Positions 61,685 to 64,000 of a DNA stretch of 64,000 nt are shown one piece after another. The translations under genes were made by a program, and so were the position numbers. The stretch is from Eledone cirrhosa (lineage: Eukaryota): positions 992,001 through 1,056,000 of the forward strand of contig OZ024747.1 of NCBI GenBank assembly GCA_964016885.1. The letters are read 5' to 3'. Numbering within the stretch: the stretch's first letter is position 1; each line of letters starts with the position of its first letter. Below the pieces are notes generated by a model. That model saw nothing but the letters and a program-made list of their open reading frames with translations, ran no database searches and was not told where the DNA came from.

Positions 61685-64000
61685 CTACCAACACAAACAC
61701 CACCACAACCCCCCCCCTCCTACCAGCAAAACAAACACCAACACCACCCCAAACACAAATGCCCATCATAAAAAGAAAACTACAAAATGAACAACAAACC
61801 AAAACAACACAACAAAAAAACAAGCAACAAAAACCCAATGGAGGTCATCTCCCAAAACCCCAAAGTAGAAACTGAGGGGAAAACTTTTGTAAAAGCAGAC
61901 TCTCAACCACACCTAAAACTAATAAGGATTTCAATAGAAACCTATCAGAAATTGAAAGAACAGTTTTCACAGGATGTTGGCAACCCCTGCCAAAACCCAA
62001 TAAACCGCGTCCTGTTGAAATGTTTCCCCACCCCACTCAACACCTCCACCAGAACTGAAATGGAGATTGAACAATCCGATCTCCAGGAAACGAAAAGGTA
62101 AGTGCACCTTTTCGTCCTTTTTGCCAACTCTTCTCCACCAACATGCCTGACTTACGAGTTGGAAGCGTGAATGTGCGTGGCCTAGGGATACCCTGGAAAC
62201 AGGGCCAACTTTTAAAAGACCTTAGGTCACATGGTATAGATGTAATAGCCAGCACCGAGTCCAGGATCCACAACAGGCAGCAACTAACCCCCATCTTCAA
62301 TGACTTTGAGATCTACGCATCTCTCTGTCAGCCGGGAGTGGAGGGGGAGTGACTGTCATGTTTCGGAAAAACCTGGTTCTCGAAGTACAGCAAGTACACC
62401 TGGACCCGGAGGGTAGACTGGTAGTCCTAGACGTGAACAGTATTGGAGGAGGTGGAGCCTTCAGACTGGTGGCCGTTTATGCTCCGACCGAGCAATCACA
62501 ATCGCGGCCAGACTTCTTTAAGCGTCTAGAGTCTTTTATGGGAACATCTAGCTCCTTGCTTTTAGTGGGGACTGGAATGGTATCCTAGATGCACGATGGG
62601 ACTATGTAGGATCATGTCCCAGTAGAGTGGGGTGCAACAGCCTCAAAAATCTAATCGGCCAATTCCAACTGGCCGATAGATATTGACTAGATTTTCCGAC
62701 TGCGCCACAGTGAACGTGGGCAAACCGCAGCGGGACATCTAGATCGTACCTAGATAGGTTTTTCATTAGAGAGAAGGACAAGGAGATGTTAAGCTGTCCA
62801 CAAATGCACATGGTTGCCTATTCAGATCCCAAATTAGTCGTCTGCATAGTCAACCATGATAGAATACATAGACAAGGACCCGGATACTGGAAGCTGAACG
62901 TGTCGTTGCCGGCACGAAAAGCCTACAGTGAACGGATAAGTAGATTAGTTAAGCAAGAGTTGACGTGAGCCATCGTCAACAATAGATGGTGGTACTCTCT
63001 CAAGAGAACAATTAGAGTAGAATCGATAGGGTTTAGCAGAGAATTAGCTTTAGAGAAAAACAAATCAGAAACAGAACTAGTAGCCAAGGTAGAAGAGGCG
63101 CTTAGGAGTGGCAACGCAGCTAGAGTGCTAGCATCGAGAACGGCACTGGACCAGTTCTTCGACGCGAAACACGAAGGCTGCGTGGTCAGAAGTAAATCAC
63201 GTGCTCTAGAAAACGAGGGAGCAAAAGCTGTTAGCTGGCTCCGAGTGGCGGAAGCGAAAAGTGGCAACAAGTCCACGATTCGGTCTTTGAAAGACCAAAA
63301 CGGACGCGTGCTACTTGACCCCAGGCAGATGTGCGCGGCCTTTCAGCGGCACTTTGCGCGACTGTTTGAGCAGAACGACGGTGCACCGAACGAGGCAATG
63401 GACTTTGGTACATACCCCGATGGCCTGCCGCGTCTCTCGAGCATGGACGCCGAGTTCTGCGAAAGACCGATCACAGCCACTGAGATACGAGACGCTCTGG
63501 GCCGCTGCGGGAAACGCAAATCACCCGGTCTAGATGGTCTACCCTATGAGTTTTACATAGGCATGTCGGACTTGTTCTCTGGCGTCCTCGAAGCCCTCTA
63601 GTGCAATTGGCAGCAGAACGGGACAATTCCCAGTTCTGCAGGCAAGGGCGTAGTAACGCTGATCAGGAAAGACGAGAACAAGGGGGACGAAATAAACAAT
63701 TTCAGGCCCATAACTCTGCTCAACACAGAGTTAAAGATTTTGGCCAAGGTGCTAGCAACGAGGCTGGCGCTTGTCGTCTAAAACCTGGTAGGGAAAGCGC
63801 AAACGTGTGCAATCCCAACCAGGTCCATACACGACAACCTCCACCTCATGCGATACATCATAGATAGAGTGGGGTGTAAATCCGGCTTCGGTGGGGTCTG
63901 ATCAATTTAGATCAGTCTAAGGCATTCGATATGGTCGACCATCGATACTTGGAAGCGGTTCTCAAGGCGGCTGGTTTCGGTCCCGTTTTCAGAGGCTGGA
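61685..64000 (+). mobile_element. L1/Tx1-type LINE (copy 3), 5'-truncated, decayed, runs off the window
   Basis: ORF1 tail ...MEIEQSDLQETKR* ends at 62101; ORF2 from ATG 62143 is collinear with copy 1 but has many stops and frameshifts. Confidence 0.92.

Overview
Eukaryotic, repeat-saturated animal DNA. The SINE, LINE and microsatellite content resembles a coleoid cephalopod such as Octopus (inference only). Nearly all long ORFs in the track are artefacts of (TA)n, (GGT)n and similar arrays. Real content: three diverged L1/Tx1-type LINEs (one nearly intact), a 5'-truncated CR1-group LINE, Penelope-like elements (RT + GIY-YIG), RTE relics and a non-autonomous RTE-derived element (3 copies), a decayed IS630/Tc1 transposase, hAT and Tc1/mariner MITEs, tRNA-derived SINEs, minisatellites, a 200-N gap and one candidate host exon encoding a signal peptide. 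The main hidden signal is RNA structure. Manual reading finds 12 type I hammerhead ribozyme (HHR) motifs with intact cores plus several degenerate ones. Six of them lie in two tandem arrays (467-bp and 492-bp units) that look like non-LTR retrozymes. These two families differ across most of the unit but share a minimal HHR with an ACTAGT dimerisation palindrome, an upstream octamer/TATA-like block and a hairpin + oligo-T end. That suggests a self-contained promoter-ribozyme-terminator unit inserted into (TA)n. All structures were paired by eye; no folding or database search was run.
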